A stretch of 64,000 nucleotides of DNA from a virus, in the IMG/VR virus record IMGVR_UViG_3300033273_000658, positions 1 through 64,000 of that record; one strand, 5' to 3'. Positions within the stretch are counted from its first letter, which is position 1, and each line of letters begins with the position of its first letter. Positions 18,560 to 28,809 of the stretch are shown piece after piece. The notes beneath the pieces are model-generated. The model ran no database searches and was not told where the DNA came from. It saw only the letters and a program-made list of their open reading frames with translations. A program made the position numbers and the translations under genes.

Positions 18560-21500
18560 TGGCAGAATTCGGATGGGCATATGTAAGCGGCTCTAATTTA
18601 CCACAAGGGCCCAATAAATCAGTTCAAGTAAAAAATAATGATGAATTTACTGGTTCTGCTAATTTTACTTATGATACCAATACAAATGATTTAATTTTAT
18701 CTGGTAACATGGAAATTTCCGGTAGTCTTTATGCCAACGAATTTGTTACAAATGTAACAACAAAAAATGTTATAAACCTCTCTGCAACAGGTTCAACTTC
18801 CTTCGGAGATACAACAGATGATACGCACACATTTACAGGAAGCATTTTACTTAGTTCTTCCACGCACCCACTTCACATTTCAGGCTTACAAGCAGGAGAC
18901 AGAAGAGATGCAAACAGTTATTTAGCACTAGACTCATCTGGTCGTATTATTCTAACCGCCTCTTTGACAACTACACAGACACAAGGCATAGCAAGTCTTG
19001 GTGAAGAAGAAGAATCTGGTAACATTGGTGATGCTGAAGATGGAGATTATACCGATGGACTGTTTACAGACTTTATTACCTCAACCCCAGTTGGAACCGC
19101 TGTTGATAGATTCAATGAAGTTCTTAAGATCCTTGCACCCAGCCCTGCACCAAGTTTAAAATCCATGAAAGCCGATGAGACTAATGGCGTAACTGCAAAA
19201 CTATCGTTTGATGCATCTAATGCAATCACCGATTACTCTAATGCTGTTGCTGGTACATACTACTTTAGAGGTCCTAGTCTACTTCAATTACCTGTTTTTT
19301 CTGCGGTTAGTCAAAATTCTATTTACCAACCAACATCTTCAACTATAACAGATGGTGTTGCTGGTAATTTTGGAAATGGAACGCATTTCCAAATGGGTAT
19401 TTATAATAATCAAGAAATAACTGGTACTTTAAATTATGATGTTGGGTCAAATTCTACAAATGGATACTTAGCATACGCTTCAGGGGCTTTTGGTCTCGCT
19501 GACTCTGGCTCTTTAGAGCTTATAATAAATGGTGTAACGAGACATACAGTCGACCTTTCTTCTTTTACAGGCTCCGGAAACCCTGCTACTGGCTCTGCAA
19601 CTAGTGTAAATTCATCTGGCTCCGGTTTTATTTTCTTATCCACAACAGCATCATCATTTGATGGTAACAACGCAGAGTGGTACATTTTTAAACATAGGAC
19701 AGCAGGGTTTAAGGTTGCAGTAGCAGATCAAAGAAAAGGTTTAAATAGCGTACACATAAAACATGAAGGAAACGGAGTTAGTAAATTTACTAATGAAATT
19801 AAATGGATCAACGATCCGGATGGAGCATCAGCTGCGCTTTCTGTCAATAATCCAAGAATAGAAGATGTTTTCCTGACCGGTTCTAAATACATTTCTGGTG
19901 TACAGTACAATACTGATTTAACTGCGAGTTATAAAGCAGACATTATAAACATGTATAGAAATGTTTTTCCGGCAGATAGCGATACAATAACTTTTAATCC
20001 AACAAATTCGACAACTCCATCTGCTCAGTCTGTTCCAGACATTGGAGGCTCAGAGGACTATACAAAGACACTTGGTATAACCGCTAGTGTAGACTACAAT
20101 GGAAGTTACTTGCTAAATGGTACAATAGGTATGAGTCTAGATGCTACTCATCCATTAAAAGCAAATTTATCAAATGCGGGTTCCGCGACAATTACTGGTA
20201 TGCTTATTGATGCCGATACCAGTACGCCTAACTCCAATCTAACAGAAACTTTTGAAGATGAAGATTTTAGAATTTCTTCTGGTTCATATGACACAGAATC
20301 TTCGGCTTCTTCGGCAACTTGGGACTCTACTGCTCACATGACCTCTTCTGGTCTTGCAGGGCATGAAGATGGTATGCTTATTTACAATAGAAGACTTTAT
20401 AACCCTAGAGATGCTGACATACCAAATAGCGGTGATTTTTCTGCTCTTGCAAATGTTGAGAGTGGTCAACCAGATTATTCTTCCATAACTGGTATAAGAA
20501 CCTATTTCAGAAAAATTCAAAACACTTCAGGTGGAGAGATAAGAGACCTTAAAATAACTTCTGAAAAAACCGGTTTTAAATTTAACGTAGATACTCAAAC
20601 ACTTGATACAAACGATTCTCACTTTTACGTAAAAATACCGGGCAAAACAGGCTGGATGAACATCACAGAAAACTTTACTTATGGATCTACTTCTGATGGT
20701 GATGGAGGACTTGTAAATGGTGCTGATAACAATTCTAATACAGCAGGCACTGGTAACTCTGTTCACTGTGTGACTTTTGGAACCCAATCAATTTCTAATA
20801 ATGAACATGTGTTGATGAAAATCGAAACAAATGGAATGCAAGGTTATGTATCGCAATTAGATTTTCAATTAGGGGCTTCTACTGAAATAGCGGCTACACC
20901 TCAGGTTTTATCGGATATTGATGCAAATGATGCTGGTTTTTCACAGGCAAAGTTATCATTTGGTTCTTCAAATACCATTTCTGGTTATAGCAATGCTACT
21001 GGTTCTTCTATATCATTATCTGATTTTGATACAAATGCATTATATTCTTCTTCCGGCAACAGAAGAGGTGTGTTTTCTTCTTATCCAACGATAGACGGAG
21101 AAATTAATGATGCTATCTCCGGAGATGGTGGTGGGGACTATCCAGCAAAAGCTTTTTATAATGCATACTCAGGATCTTTAATTCTAGAAGTTAACGGCTC
21201 CGAAGTTCACTCAATTGACTTATCCAGCACTTTGTCAGCAATAGATACAACAAATGGCGTTGGATCCAGACTTAGTGTAAGTGCAGTAGATTTTTCTACA
21301 ACTTCTGATTCAATACCAGATTATCGAAGACCTTATAGAACAGGAACTTACGAAGTAAATCCGAATGATCAAAATACAGGTTGGAACTATGCAAGACTTA
21401 TTCATAGAACATCCGGAGATGCTGTAACAAATTATGTGGAATGGGTTGTAGATCCATCTGGCTCTACAAATGATACAGCTGTTTCAACACCTGTTTTAGA

Positions 21501-22668
21501 TGATTTTGACCACAGTGATGTTTACTATCAGTCAGGTATTGGTTATTTTGCTTCTCGCCCATCAGCTAGTTTTGCTTATACTGCATCTAATTTCTATAGA
21601 AACGTATATCAAAATGGAACAGCTATAACATTTCCGACAACAACAAATTGTTCTGTTACCAACACAAGAATCACGGGCTCTGGTATAACAACTTTTAATT
21701 CAGGTGTTTCATCAACATCAATGCCGGCATTGAATAACACAGCAAATTGTGAAGAGACAAGCATAGAGATTACAGGAACAGTTTTGTTTGATAGTCTCAC
21801 ATCCATCTCTGGTGGATTAGGGCTATTTACAGATTACGATGTGTCGGTTACAGGACGAGTTCTTCATCCATTCAAAGATGATAAGACCACTACGACTGCT
21901 TCAAAGACAGCTTTCATGGTTTATTCTGGCTCTATTGGAAGCACAAATCTAAATACTAACGAATACTTCAATACAGAAGATTATCGTATTGTTTCCGGAA
22001 ACTATGTATCCCAATCAAATGTTACATCTGCGGGCAACTCATGGAATTCTGAATACTCTGTAAATGATGGCTCTACATACCCAGCTTACAATGATGGCAT
22101 GGTAACAGTTAATGGTTATGCAATTTCTCCTTTAAAAATTGGTAATGCAGGAGACACAAGAAACAATGCAGAAGGCACAACTGGATTGCAAGCACCATCT
22201 GGGAATCCAAACTACTCAACTCTTTCTGGGAGCACGAGAACCTTCTATAGATACTTCCAAAACAATTCTGGTTTAGCTAAGCCAACATTTACTTTGACTC
22301 TGTATGGTGATGCAAACTTAATTTCTAAGTCTGGTGCATTCTATACGGGTACACTTGGAGAAAACAAAAACATTCAAGTAGAACTTAAAGTACCGTTTGA
22401 CCCCTCTTTTACAGGAGATGATGACACTTCAACTGCATGGGGTGACTGCATAAAACCCTATAGTCTTGGTACGCAACCTGATACTGATGGAGTTGGTATT
22501 TTTAATGGTGGTGGTTCTGATCTAACTCAAACAGTTAGTAGTGGTGGACGTGCTATAGCTTTACAACTTCAAGGTAAACAAGTTCGAAGCAATCAGTATT
22601 TTGTTGTTAAGATTTCGGCACATGAAGACTGGACTGGATACCTGTCTAGAATTGAGATAACATATTAG
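18559..22668 (+). CDS. Large S/T/G-rich virion protein built from two ~580-aa diverged repeats
   Basis: AKLSF, GSL.L.(I/V)NG, W..DP.G, YRNV, ED(F/Y)RI.SG.Y and P.YS each occur twice in the same order. Confidence 0.65.
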   Translation: MAEFGWAYVSGSNLPQGPNKSVQVKNNDEFTGSANFTYDTNTNDLILSGNMEISGSLYANEFVTNVTTKNVINLSATGSTSFGDTTDDTHTFTGSILLSSSTHPLHISGLQAGDRRDANSYLALDSSGRIILTASLTTTQTQGIASLGEEEESGNIGDAEDGDYTDGLFTDFITSTPVGTAVDRFNEVLKILAPSPAPSLKSMKADETNGVTAKLSFDASNAITDYSNAVAGTYYFRGPSLLQLPVFSAVSQNSIYQPTSSTITDGVAGNFGNGTHFQMGIYNNQEITGTLNYDVGSNSTNGYLAYASGAFGLADSGSLELIINGVTRHTVDLSSFTGSGNPATGSATSVNSSGSGFIFLSTTASSFDGNNAEWYIFKHRTAGFKVAVADQRKGLNSVHIKHEGNGVSKFTNEIKWINDPDGASAALSVNNPRIEDVFLTGSKYISGVQYNTDLTASYKADIINMYRNVFPADSDTITFNPTNSTTPSAQSVPDIGGSEDYTKTLGITASVDYNGSYLLNGTIGMSLDATHPLKANLSNAGSATITGMLIDADTSTPNSNLTETFEDEDFRISSGSYDTESSASSATWDSTAHMTSSGLAGHEDGMLIYNRRLYNPRDADIPNSGDFSALANVESGQPDYSSITGIRTYFRKIQNTSGGEIRDLKITSEKTGFKFNVDTQTLDTNDSHFYVKIPGKTGWMNITENFTYGSTSDGDGGLVNGADNNSNTAGTGNSVHCVTFGTQSISNNEHVLMKIETNGMQGYVSQLDFQLGASTEIAATPQVLSDIDANDAGFSQAKLSFGSSNTISGYSNATGSSISLSDFDTNALYSSSGNRRGVFSSYPTIDGEINDAISGDGGGDYPAKAFYNAYSGSLILEVNGSEVHSIDLSSTLSAIDTTNGVGSRLSVSAVDFSTTSDSIPDYRRPYRTGTYEVNPNDQNTGWNYARLIHRTSGDAVTNYVEWVVDPSGSTNDTAVSTPVLDDFDHSDVYYQSGIGYFASRPSASFAYTASNFYRNVYQNGTAITFPTTTNCSVTNTRITGSGITTFNSGVSSTSMPALNNTANCEETSIEITGTVLFDSLTSISGGLGLFTDYDVSVTGRVLHPFKDDKTTTTASKTAFMVYSGSIGSTNLNTNEYFNTEDYRIVSGNYVSQSNVTSAGNSWNSEYSVNDGSTYPAYNDGMVTVNGYAISPLKIGNAGDTRNNAEGTTGLQAPSGNPNYSTLSGSTRTFYRYFQNNSGLAKPTFTLTLYGDANLISKSGAFYTGTLGENKNIQVELKVPFDPSFTGDDDTSTAWGDCIKPYSLGTQPDTDGVGIFNGGGSDLTQTVSSGGRAIALQLQGKQVRSNQYFVVKISAHEDWTGYLSRIEITY

Positions 22669-22676
22669 AGGAAATA

Positions 22677-23774
22677 ATGAGTACAGGTAAAACGAATTTA
22701 ACATCAACGCAATTTGCTGCAAAGAAACTTTTAGGTAAAGCACAAACCTCTAATTTAAAATCCGACGTTAACGAAACAATACCGTCAAATGTTTCTATGC
22801 CATCTGAGGGTATTTTCGCAGAAGCTATTCCAAATGACCCTGGGACAGATTTTTACACCTTATACTCTGCATCAGCAGGAGAACCAGCAACAGTTGAACA
22901 GGTTTACTTTGACATCGTTTCTATTTCAGATACTGTATACGATGCTAACGATTCAGGTGGTGGTGGGGATGAAGCATCTTCAAATGGTGCTCACGGCTAC
23001 TACCTCAAACTACCTGCTGCATATGAAACAACATCATCAAATCCACAGCGAGGATCAGGAAGCTTTACAAATGGGAAGCGAGTATATGATTCTCGTGGTG
23101 GGCTACAATTGATTCCCCCTCTCATTTCAAATGCATCTCCTAACAGATACGTAATGAAAATTTACAAAGGAGACCCTTCTAATCCTGCAAACGAAATCAC
23201 TTCTGGCGACTCTATTGATTGGCAAGTCGATTATTATGCCGGCACTATTTTTATACAGGATTATGATTCTTCTAAGATCCCACTCACGGCCTCTGCATAC
23301 TTGTATGTCGGAAATTATCTTAATCAAAAGATTGACAACCTATCAGCTTCTGTTTCTCCGATTACAGTAAAAGATGAAGGAAGTAATCTAACAACCGAAG
23401 TCAGCAGTCTAGATTTTGTTGGTTCTGGTGTAACTGCAACAACTTCCGGGAATGATGTAACGGTTACAATTGCTGGTGGTATTTCTTATTCTCGGAGAGC
23501 AGTTACATCAACAATTACAGCTTCTGTCAATGATAGAATACTTGGTGTTTCTGGTTCATCCGCTTTGGAGATTAGATTGCCATCAGCGGGTGATTATGAA
23601 TCCGGTCAATACTTTACCATAAAAGATGAGAGTGGTGGAGCAGATGTAAATAACATAACAGTCCTTACAACTGGTGGTGAAACTATTGATGGTTCAACCT
23701 CAGTTATTTTAGAAAGTCCCCATGCTGCCGTCAATATTTACTCAGACGGTACATCAAAATTCTTTATCTACTAA
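22677..23774 (+). CDS. Putative virion fibre/decoration protein
   Basis: VKDEGS...LDFVGSGVTAT; C-terminal LP...TIDG..S..LES..AAV domain. Confidence 0.6.
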   Translation: MSTGKTNLTSTQFAAKKLLGKAQTSNLKSDVNETIPSNVSMPSEGIFAEAIPNDPGTDFYTLYSASAGEPATVEQVYFDIVSISDTVYDANDSGGGGDEASSNGAHGYYLKLPAAYETTSSNPQRGSGSFTNGKRVYDSRGGLQLIPPLISNASPNRYVMKIYKGDPSNPANEITSGDSIDWQVDYYAGTIFIQDYDSSKIPLTASAYLYVGNYLNQKIDNLSASVSPITVKDEGSNLTTEVSSLDFVGSGVTATTSGNDVTVTIAGGISYSRRAVTSTITASVNDRILGVSGSSALEIRLPSAGDYESGQYFTIKDESGGADVNNITVLTTGGETIDGSTSVILESPHAAVNIYSDGTSKFFIY

Positions 23775-23855
23775 GTGCCTTTGTGTGCCTGAAAGACTAT
23801 TTAGTATCGAAGACCTACATGGTCTTTTTGCTATAATTTCTTGGAGGATTTTTTT

Positions 23856-25436
23856 ATGGCTTATAAATTTCAATTGGGAACTGCTAAGCTTAGCGGTTCT
23901 GTACAATTAACGGATGGTTCTATTGATAGCACTAATGTTGACGATACAACCGCTGCTAATATTGTAACTCAAATCGATGCTGGTGAGATTCCAACTGCGA
24001 AACTTGCTAACGATACTATTTCTGGTATTACTCTTGGTTCTAACTTGAACTCTCTTTCTAAAGCAACTAATGGTGGTGTTAATTTTTCATCTTATAATGG
24101 ATCTGCCGCTGTTTCTGATCTTGCTTTGGATCTTTCCGACCTTGCCGCTGCTGCTGTAAATGTTGGTGCAGATTCAATCGCTATTTACGATGCTGATGCT
24201 GATGTAACTGGTAAAGAAACAATTGCAGACCTTATGACTGCTGTCGCTGGTGACGGTCTTGCTGCATCTTCTGGTGTTCTTGCAGTTGGTGTTGATGATT
24301 CATCTCTTGAGATCAATTCTGATGCACTTCGTGTTAAGGCTTCTGGTGTAACAAATGCTATGCTTGCTGGCTCTATTGCTAATGATAAATTATCAAATAG
24401 CACTATTTCAGGCATTTCTTTGGGTTCTAACTTGAACTCTCTTTCTAAGGCAACCAATGGTGGTGTTAATTTCTCATCTTACAACGGTTCTGCTGCTGTT
24501 TCTGATCTTGCTTTGGACCTCAGTGATCTTGCTGCTGCAGCTGTAGATGCTTCTGCTGATTCGATTGCTATTTATGATTCTGATGCTGATGTAACAGGTC
24601 TTGAATCAATCGCGGATCTTGCTTCTGCTATGGCTTCCGGAACTGGTATTGTTGCTTCTTCTGGTCAATTTGCTGTTGATGGTGTTCTTGAGGATCTAGA
24701 CTCTCTAGGTGCTCCTTCTGCTGATGGTGAATTCATTGTTGCTACTGGTGCAGGTGCATTTGCTTATGAAAGCGGTGCTACTGTTCGTACTTCACTTGGT
24801 CTTGGTACTGGCGACAGCCCACAGTTTACTGACTTGACTCTTTCTGGTGATTTGACTGTGAATGGCTCTTTGACTACTATTAACACTACTGATTTAGAAG
24901 TTACTGATAAGAATATTCTTATTGCTTCTGGTTCAAATGCTGCTGGTGCTGTTGGTGCTGGTTTGTCTGTTGATGGTGCAAATGTTGATTGGATTTACGC
25001 TGACCAAGGTGAAAACGTTGGTGGTGTTGATGCTACTGGATCCGGAGACATTTGGATTGCTTCTGGTTCTGCTGGACTTATCGACATTCAAGCTGCTAAT
25101 TTTTATGGTGATTTCAATGGAGATGGTAGTGGTCTTACTGGTGTCAGCATTGTACTGAATGTTAATGAAATTGGAGATGCTAATGCAACTCTTGCTATTG
25201 GTGTAAATGTGGCTACTGCTAACACTACTGCAGCAAGAACTTGGACACTTCCTGCTTCGCCATCTGTCGGACAATCAGTAAAAGTTAAAGTAGCTGGTGT
25301 TTCTTCTGGTGCGATTACCGTTCAGCGCGCAGGATCTCAAACAATTGACGGTTCAGAAACTTCAATTTTGCTTGAATCAGATAATGCAGCTGTTGAATTG
25401 ATTTACGTTGCATCTGATGATTGGAGAGTATTCTAA
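23856..25436 (+). CDS. Putative fibre protein with internal tandem repeat
   Basis: GGAGG then ATG 23856; same C-terminal TIDG domain as the previous gene; strong T-ending codon bias. Confidence 0.65.
   Translation: MAYKFQLGTAKLSGSVQLTDGSIDSTNVDDTTAANIVTQIDAGEIPTAKLANDTISGITLGSNLNSLSKATNGGVNFSSYNGSAAVSDLALDLSDLAAAAVNVGADSIAIYDADADVTGKETIADLMTAVAGDGLAASSGVLAVGVDDSSLEINSDALRVKASGVTNAMLAGSIANDKLSNSTISGISLGSNLNSLSKATNGGVNFSSYNGSAAVSDLALDLSDLAAAAVDASADSIAIYDSDADVTGLESIADLASAMASGTGIVASSGQFAVDGVLEDLDSLGAPSADGEFIVATGAGAFAYESGATVRTSLGLGTGDSPQFTDLTLSGDLTVNGSLTTINTTDLEVTDKNILIASGSNAAGAVGAGLSVDGANVDWIYADQGENVGGVDATGSGDIWIASGSAGLIDIQAANFYGDFNGDGSGLTGVSIVLNVNEIGDANATLAIGVNVATANTTAARTWTLPASPSVGQSVKVKVAGVSSGAITVQRAGSQTIDGSETSILLESDNAAVELIYVASDDWRVF
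24015..24620 (+). repeat. Intragenic direct repeat, two ~220-nt copies, period 387 nt
   Basis: TISGI(T/S)LGSNLNSLSKATNGGVNFSSYNGSAAVSDLALDLSDLAAAAV starts at 24015 and 24402. Confidence 0.9.
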
Positions 25437-25460
25437 TTTAAAGTTAGATGTTTTGTCATC

Positions 25461-25489
25461 GGGGGGTCGGGCTTTGCTCGGCCCTTTTT
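25461..25489 (+). terminator. Rho-independent terminator
   Basis: GGGTCGGGC-TTT-GCTCGGCCC then T-run. Confidence 0.7.
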
Positions 25490-25514
25490 CTATTTATAAA
25501 AAAGGAGAATTTTT

Positions 25515-26714
25515 ATGGCTTATAAATATACAAAAGGTTCCCAAGTCGTTGGAGATCTCAAAGCAGCGGATGATGCAGAAAGAAACACACAAATTGATTT
25601 CGAAGAAGATGAAATAAAATTTGATACCGGAGGAGAAACGCGTTTAACCGTGGAGAACACTATAATAACAACAACGGTACCAATTCACATCTCAGGTTCG
25701 GTTACAGAAGGATTGAGAATTGGAAAAGCAGGTAACCATTACAGAGAAATTCAATTTGAAACAGATGGTACAGACACAGCATTTATTCAGGTAGATGCAT
25801 CAGAAGGTATGATTATAGGATGTCAATCTGTTAATGATGAGATCATATTCCAAACAACAGACACCGGTGGAATTAGCGAGGTTATGAGAGTAACAGCAAA
25901 TGGCAGACTCGGTATTCAAGAAACATCACCAAGTGAAACTCTACATATAAATGGCAATGCGCGAGTAGATGGAAATGTTAGTTCTTCGGCTGAAATTCAA
26001 GGATTGACCGGTTCTTTTCAGGTAATTGATATTGACAGACTTTCATTGACTTCAACACAAACAACTGTTCCTCCTCTTCAATTAACTGCTAACAGTTTAC
26101 AAGACAATGTTGGAGCTTTGAGAATTGACGGCTCAGAGCCGGACATTTATCTCAATCAAACCGGTGCTGCTGGTTTTACAACTGTGACGTTTGCCCATGG
26201 AGAACAGCCAATGGTTGGTTTTGGGAAAAACAGCGATCACAATCTGTATTTTTTCAGAGAGACTGGGCAAGATGGAGATCCGCACACCTATGTTAACACA
26301 GACTTTGTTTTTGATCGATCAACGGGAAACATTACAATTGGTCAAGATCTGACTGTTGCCGGTGAACTATTTTTTGAAGATTATATTGTAGCAGAGCTTT
26401 CTATTCCTGGACTTGATCTGCAGACAGATACAAACGCATTTCGTTTTAATTGTCCGTATAATCTTACAGTTGAAGGCCTTCAATTGTTTTTAGACCAACA
26501 TACAACATCTGGTAATGTAACTGTTACTGTTACCAATACAACTGATACTAATCAAATGATTTCTTTATCTGTAACCGGTACAAATACTTCGGCTAACACA
26601 ACTACAGTATCGAATCAAGATTGCGATGTCGGCGACATAATTACTTTTGCAATTACAGCAACACCAGCCAACGCTCAAGGGCTGAGAGCTAACCTACAAT
26701 TCAGGAGAAGATAA
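25515..26714 (+). CDS. Putative fibre/structural protein
   Basis: MAYK start as in the previous gene; MRVTANGRLGIQETSPSETLHING fibre-type motif. Confidence 0.6.
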   Translation: MAYKYTKGSQVVGDLKAADDAERNTQIDFEEDEIKFDTGGETRLTVENTIITTTVPIHISGSVTEGLRIGKAGNHYREIQFETDGTDTAFIQVDASEGMIIGCQSVNDEIIFQTTDTGGISEVMRVTANGRLGIQETSPSETLHINGNARVDGNVSSSAEIQGLTGSFQVIDIDRLSLTSTQTTVPPLQLTANSLQDNVGALRIDGSEPDIYLNQTGAAGFTTVTFAHGEQPMVGFGKNSDHNLYFFRETGQDGDPHTYVNTDFVFDRSTGNITIGQDLTVAGELFFEDYIVAELSIPGLDLQTDTNAFRFNCPYNLTVEGLQLFLDQHTTSGNVTVTVTNTTDTNQMISLSVTGTNTSANTTTVSNQDCDVGDIITFAITATPANAQGLRANLQFRRR

Positions 26715-26715
26715 A

Positions 26716-27288
26716 ATGGCCACTGTTTATCGTAAACAATTAGCTTCTGGTCTTTATATAAGAAAGTTTGATGTTTATCTTAACGCAGATAGTGGAGGAT
26801 CACATACAAGCACAAACGATGACCCAGGAAGACTAGAAGGAAATTTGGACACCAACTGGAGTGGTGAAGGACCTATTACAACTGTTGACAGAAGAGATCA
26901 GATTGCAACCGGAGACACTCATGTTATTTGTGGAGTTTTTTTGGCCAATGAAACAGGGGCATGGGATTTCAGAATTAGAGCAGATGATGCTGGATACATC
27001 TGGGTAGGAGCAAATGCAGAGCCACTTGAGTGGGATTTAAATAAAGACAATGCCGTTGGAGATGCCGGTGGTGCTCATGCTGAAACCAATGGTGATGGAA
27101 CCGTTAATCTTGTAGCGGGCCAATATTATGCTATCAAAGCAATGGTTGGCGACCGTGGTGGTGGAGATGCATTTAGAATAGATTTCAAAGCTCCATCGGA
27201 AGGAGCTCTTTCCAACACAGGTAGAGACGGAACAGGTTTTTATTTTCATAACCCTTACGCTCCAAACGGATACAATTTGAATAGTTAG
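26716..27288 (+). CDS. PA14/GLEYA-like carbohydrate-binding domain protein
   Basis: GVFLANETGAWDFRIRADDAGYIWVG...LVAGQYYAIK...GGGD. Confidence 0.65.
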   Translation: MATVYRKQLASGLYIRKFDVYLNADSGGSHTSTNDDPGRLEGNLDTNWSGEGPITTVDRRDQIATGDTHVICGVFLANETGAWDFRIRADDAGYIWVGANAEPLEWDLNKDNAVGDAGGAHAETNGDGTVNLVAGQYYAIKAMVGDRGGGDAFRIDFKAPSEGALSNTGRDGTGFYFHNPYAPNGYNLNS

Positions 27289-27290
27289 TC

Positions 27291-27533
27291 ATGGAAGAAG
27301 CACATACAATTTTACATCAGATTTCTACCTTTATTGGGTTAAAACAATGTACTTCTACACAAGTATTTGGGATTTGTCTAGAGTTTTGGGTTGGCGGTAT
27401 GGTGTCAATTGGGTTACTAAAAGTCAAAGATCTTCTCAATATTAAGAAAAGATTTGAAGAGTTAAACGCTCAACCAGAAGCAAAGAAGAGCAAAAAGAAA
27501 AAGAAGAAAAAGAAATCTAAGAAGAAGAAATGA
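27291..27533 (+). CDS. Small hypothetical protein with poly-Lys tail
   Basis: Fills the intergenic gap; no clear RBS; start uncertain. Confidence 0.4.
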   Translation: MEEAHTILHQISTFIGLKQCTSTQVFGICLEFWVGGMVSIGLLKVKDLLNIKKRFEELNAQPEAKKSKKKKKKKKSKKKK

Positions 27534-27572
27534 CCGTGACCAAATAACAACTGTCTTTTTCCTTACTTTCTC

Positions 27573-27580
27573 ACTATTTA
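27573..27580 (+). promoter_or_regulatory. Putative late promoter ACTATTTA (representative copy, before scaffold/capsid)
   Basis: Same motif precedes sheath (33572), tube (36446), 38673 (38647), fibre (23796) and others. Confidence 0.6.
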
Positions 27581-27611
27581 GAATGATACGTATTATTTAG
27601 GAGTTAACTTA

Positions 27612-28787
27612 ATGTCTTCAATGTTAGAACAAGCTATCGTTGACGCACAAGCGTTGCGTGAAGCTGCTCTCAAAAACGCAGAGCAAACACTTATTGAAAA
27701 ATTTGCACCACAGATTAAGGATGCAGTTGAAAGCCTTTTGGAGGCAGAAATGGCAGAAACCAAAAGAAGAGTTTCATATGAAGGACTAAATTATAATCTT
27801 TTGGAAATTAATGAAGATCAAGCTACTATCCAAAGAGAAAATCAGAAAGCCTTCATCGTGGAAGTTAGCGAGTTGGGCGAAGAGCTAGATGAAGAATTGC
27901 TTCAAGAAGAAGAGCTTGGACAAGAAGAGCCAGCCGAAAAACTTTCAAACGTTATTGATGCCCCATCAGCAGCTACCCCGGATGATGGAGAGCCAGTAGA
28001 AATGACAATTGACGTTGAAAAGAAAATTTTTGAAATTGACCTTGATAGTATAAAAAATGAACTAGGCGACGATTCTGAGCCTGTTACACAAGAAACACCA
28101 GCAGAAGTTACTGATGATCTTGGGCTTGATGATCTAGATCTTGGAGCATTGCAAGAATCTAAAGAAGTTGATGATGATGAACTTGTAAATGAAATCATGA
28201 ATCTCATGAATGAAATGTACGATGATGAACCAGAAATTCTAGAAGAAGAACTTATTGTTGACATGGGCGCTGGAAAAGATGGAACGTTCCGTACTGATAA
28301 AGCAACTCTAGAATATTACAAAGAAATGCAAAATGCCAAAGAATATGCTGAAGGTTTGGCACAAGAAAAAGAAAAGGAAAATGAGAACCTTAAAGAAACT
28401 CTCAAACGATTTAAATTGAAGAATAAACAATATAAAGACGCTGTTGAGAAGCTGTCCGATAAACTTAACGAGACACTTCTTTCCAACGCTAAGTTGATTT
28501 ATTCTAACAAAACATTAGGCGATGCCTCCTTGAATGAGCGACAAAAGAATAAAATTGTCGAAGCCATCGCCAAGGCAAGAACTCCCGAAGAAGCAAAGAA
28601 TCTTCATGAGGCTCTGAATGCTACGGTAACTTCTGGAAATGACAAAAAGTCTCCTAGAACCCTAAGCGAGTCTGTAACAAGAAAATCTACTTTGTCTGGA
28701 ATTCTTCCACGTAGAAAACAGCAAGTTAATGAATCTGAAGAGCATACATTTGCAGAGCAGATGAAAAAACTTGCGGGCATTAAATAA
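27612..28787 (+). CDS. Prohead scaffold/core protein (T4 gp22-like)
   Basis: Acidic coiled coil directly before the capsid gene; many LxE sites; ends MKKLAGIK. Confidence 0.8.
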   Translation: MSSMLEQAIVDAQALREAALKNAEQTLIEKFAPQIKDAVESLLEAEMAETKRRVSYEGLNYNLLEINEDQATIQRENQKAFIVEVSELGEELDEELLQEEELGQEEPAEKLSNVIDAPSAATPDDGEPVEMTIDVEKKIFEIDLDSIKNELGDDSEPVTQETPAEVTDDLGLDDLDLGALQESKEVDDDELVNEIMNLMNEMYDDEPEILEEELIVDMGAGKDGTFRTDKATLEYYKEMQNAKEYAEGLAQEKEKENENLKETLKRFKLKNKQYKDAVEKLSDKLNETLLSNAKLIYSNKTLGDASLNERQKNKIVEAIAKARTPEEAKNLHEALNATVTSGNDKKSPRTLSESVTRKSTLSGILPRRKQQVNESEEHTFAEQMKKLAGIK

Positions 28788-28809
28788 CAATATTTAAGGA
28801 GGTTAAAAA

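Noticed and set aside
24015-24620. Diversity-generating retroelement TR/VR pair
   Set aside because: Both copies are in frame in one gene, differences are mostly synonymous and not adenine-specific, and no reverse transcriptase is present.
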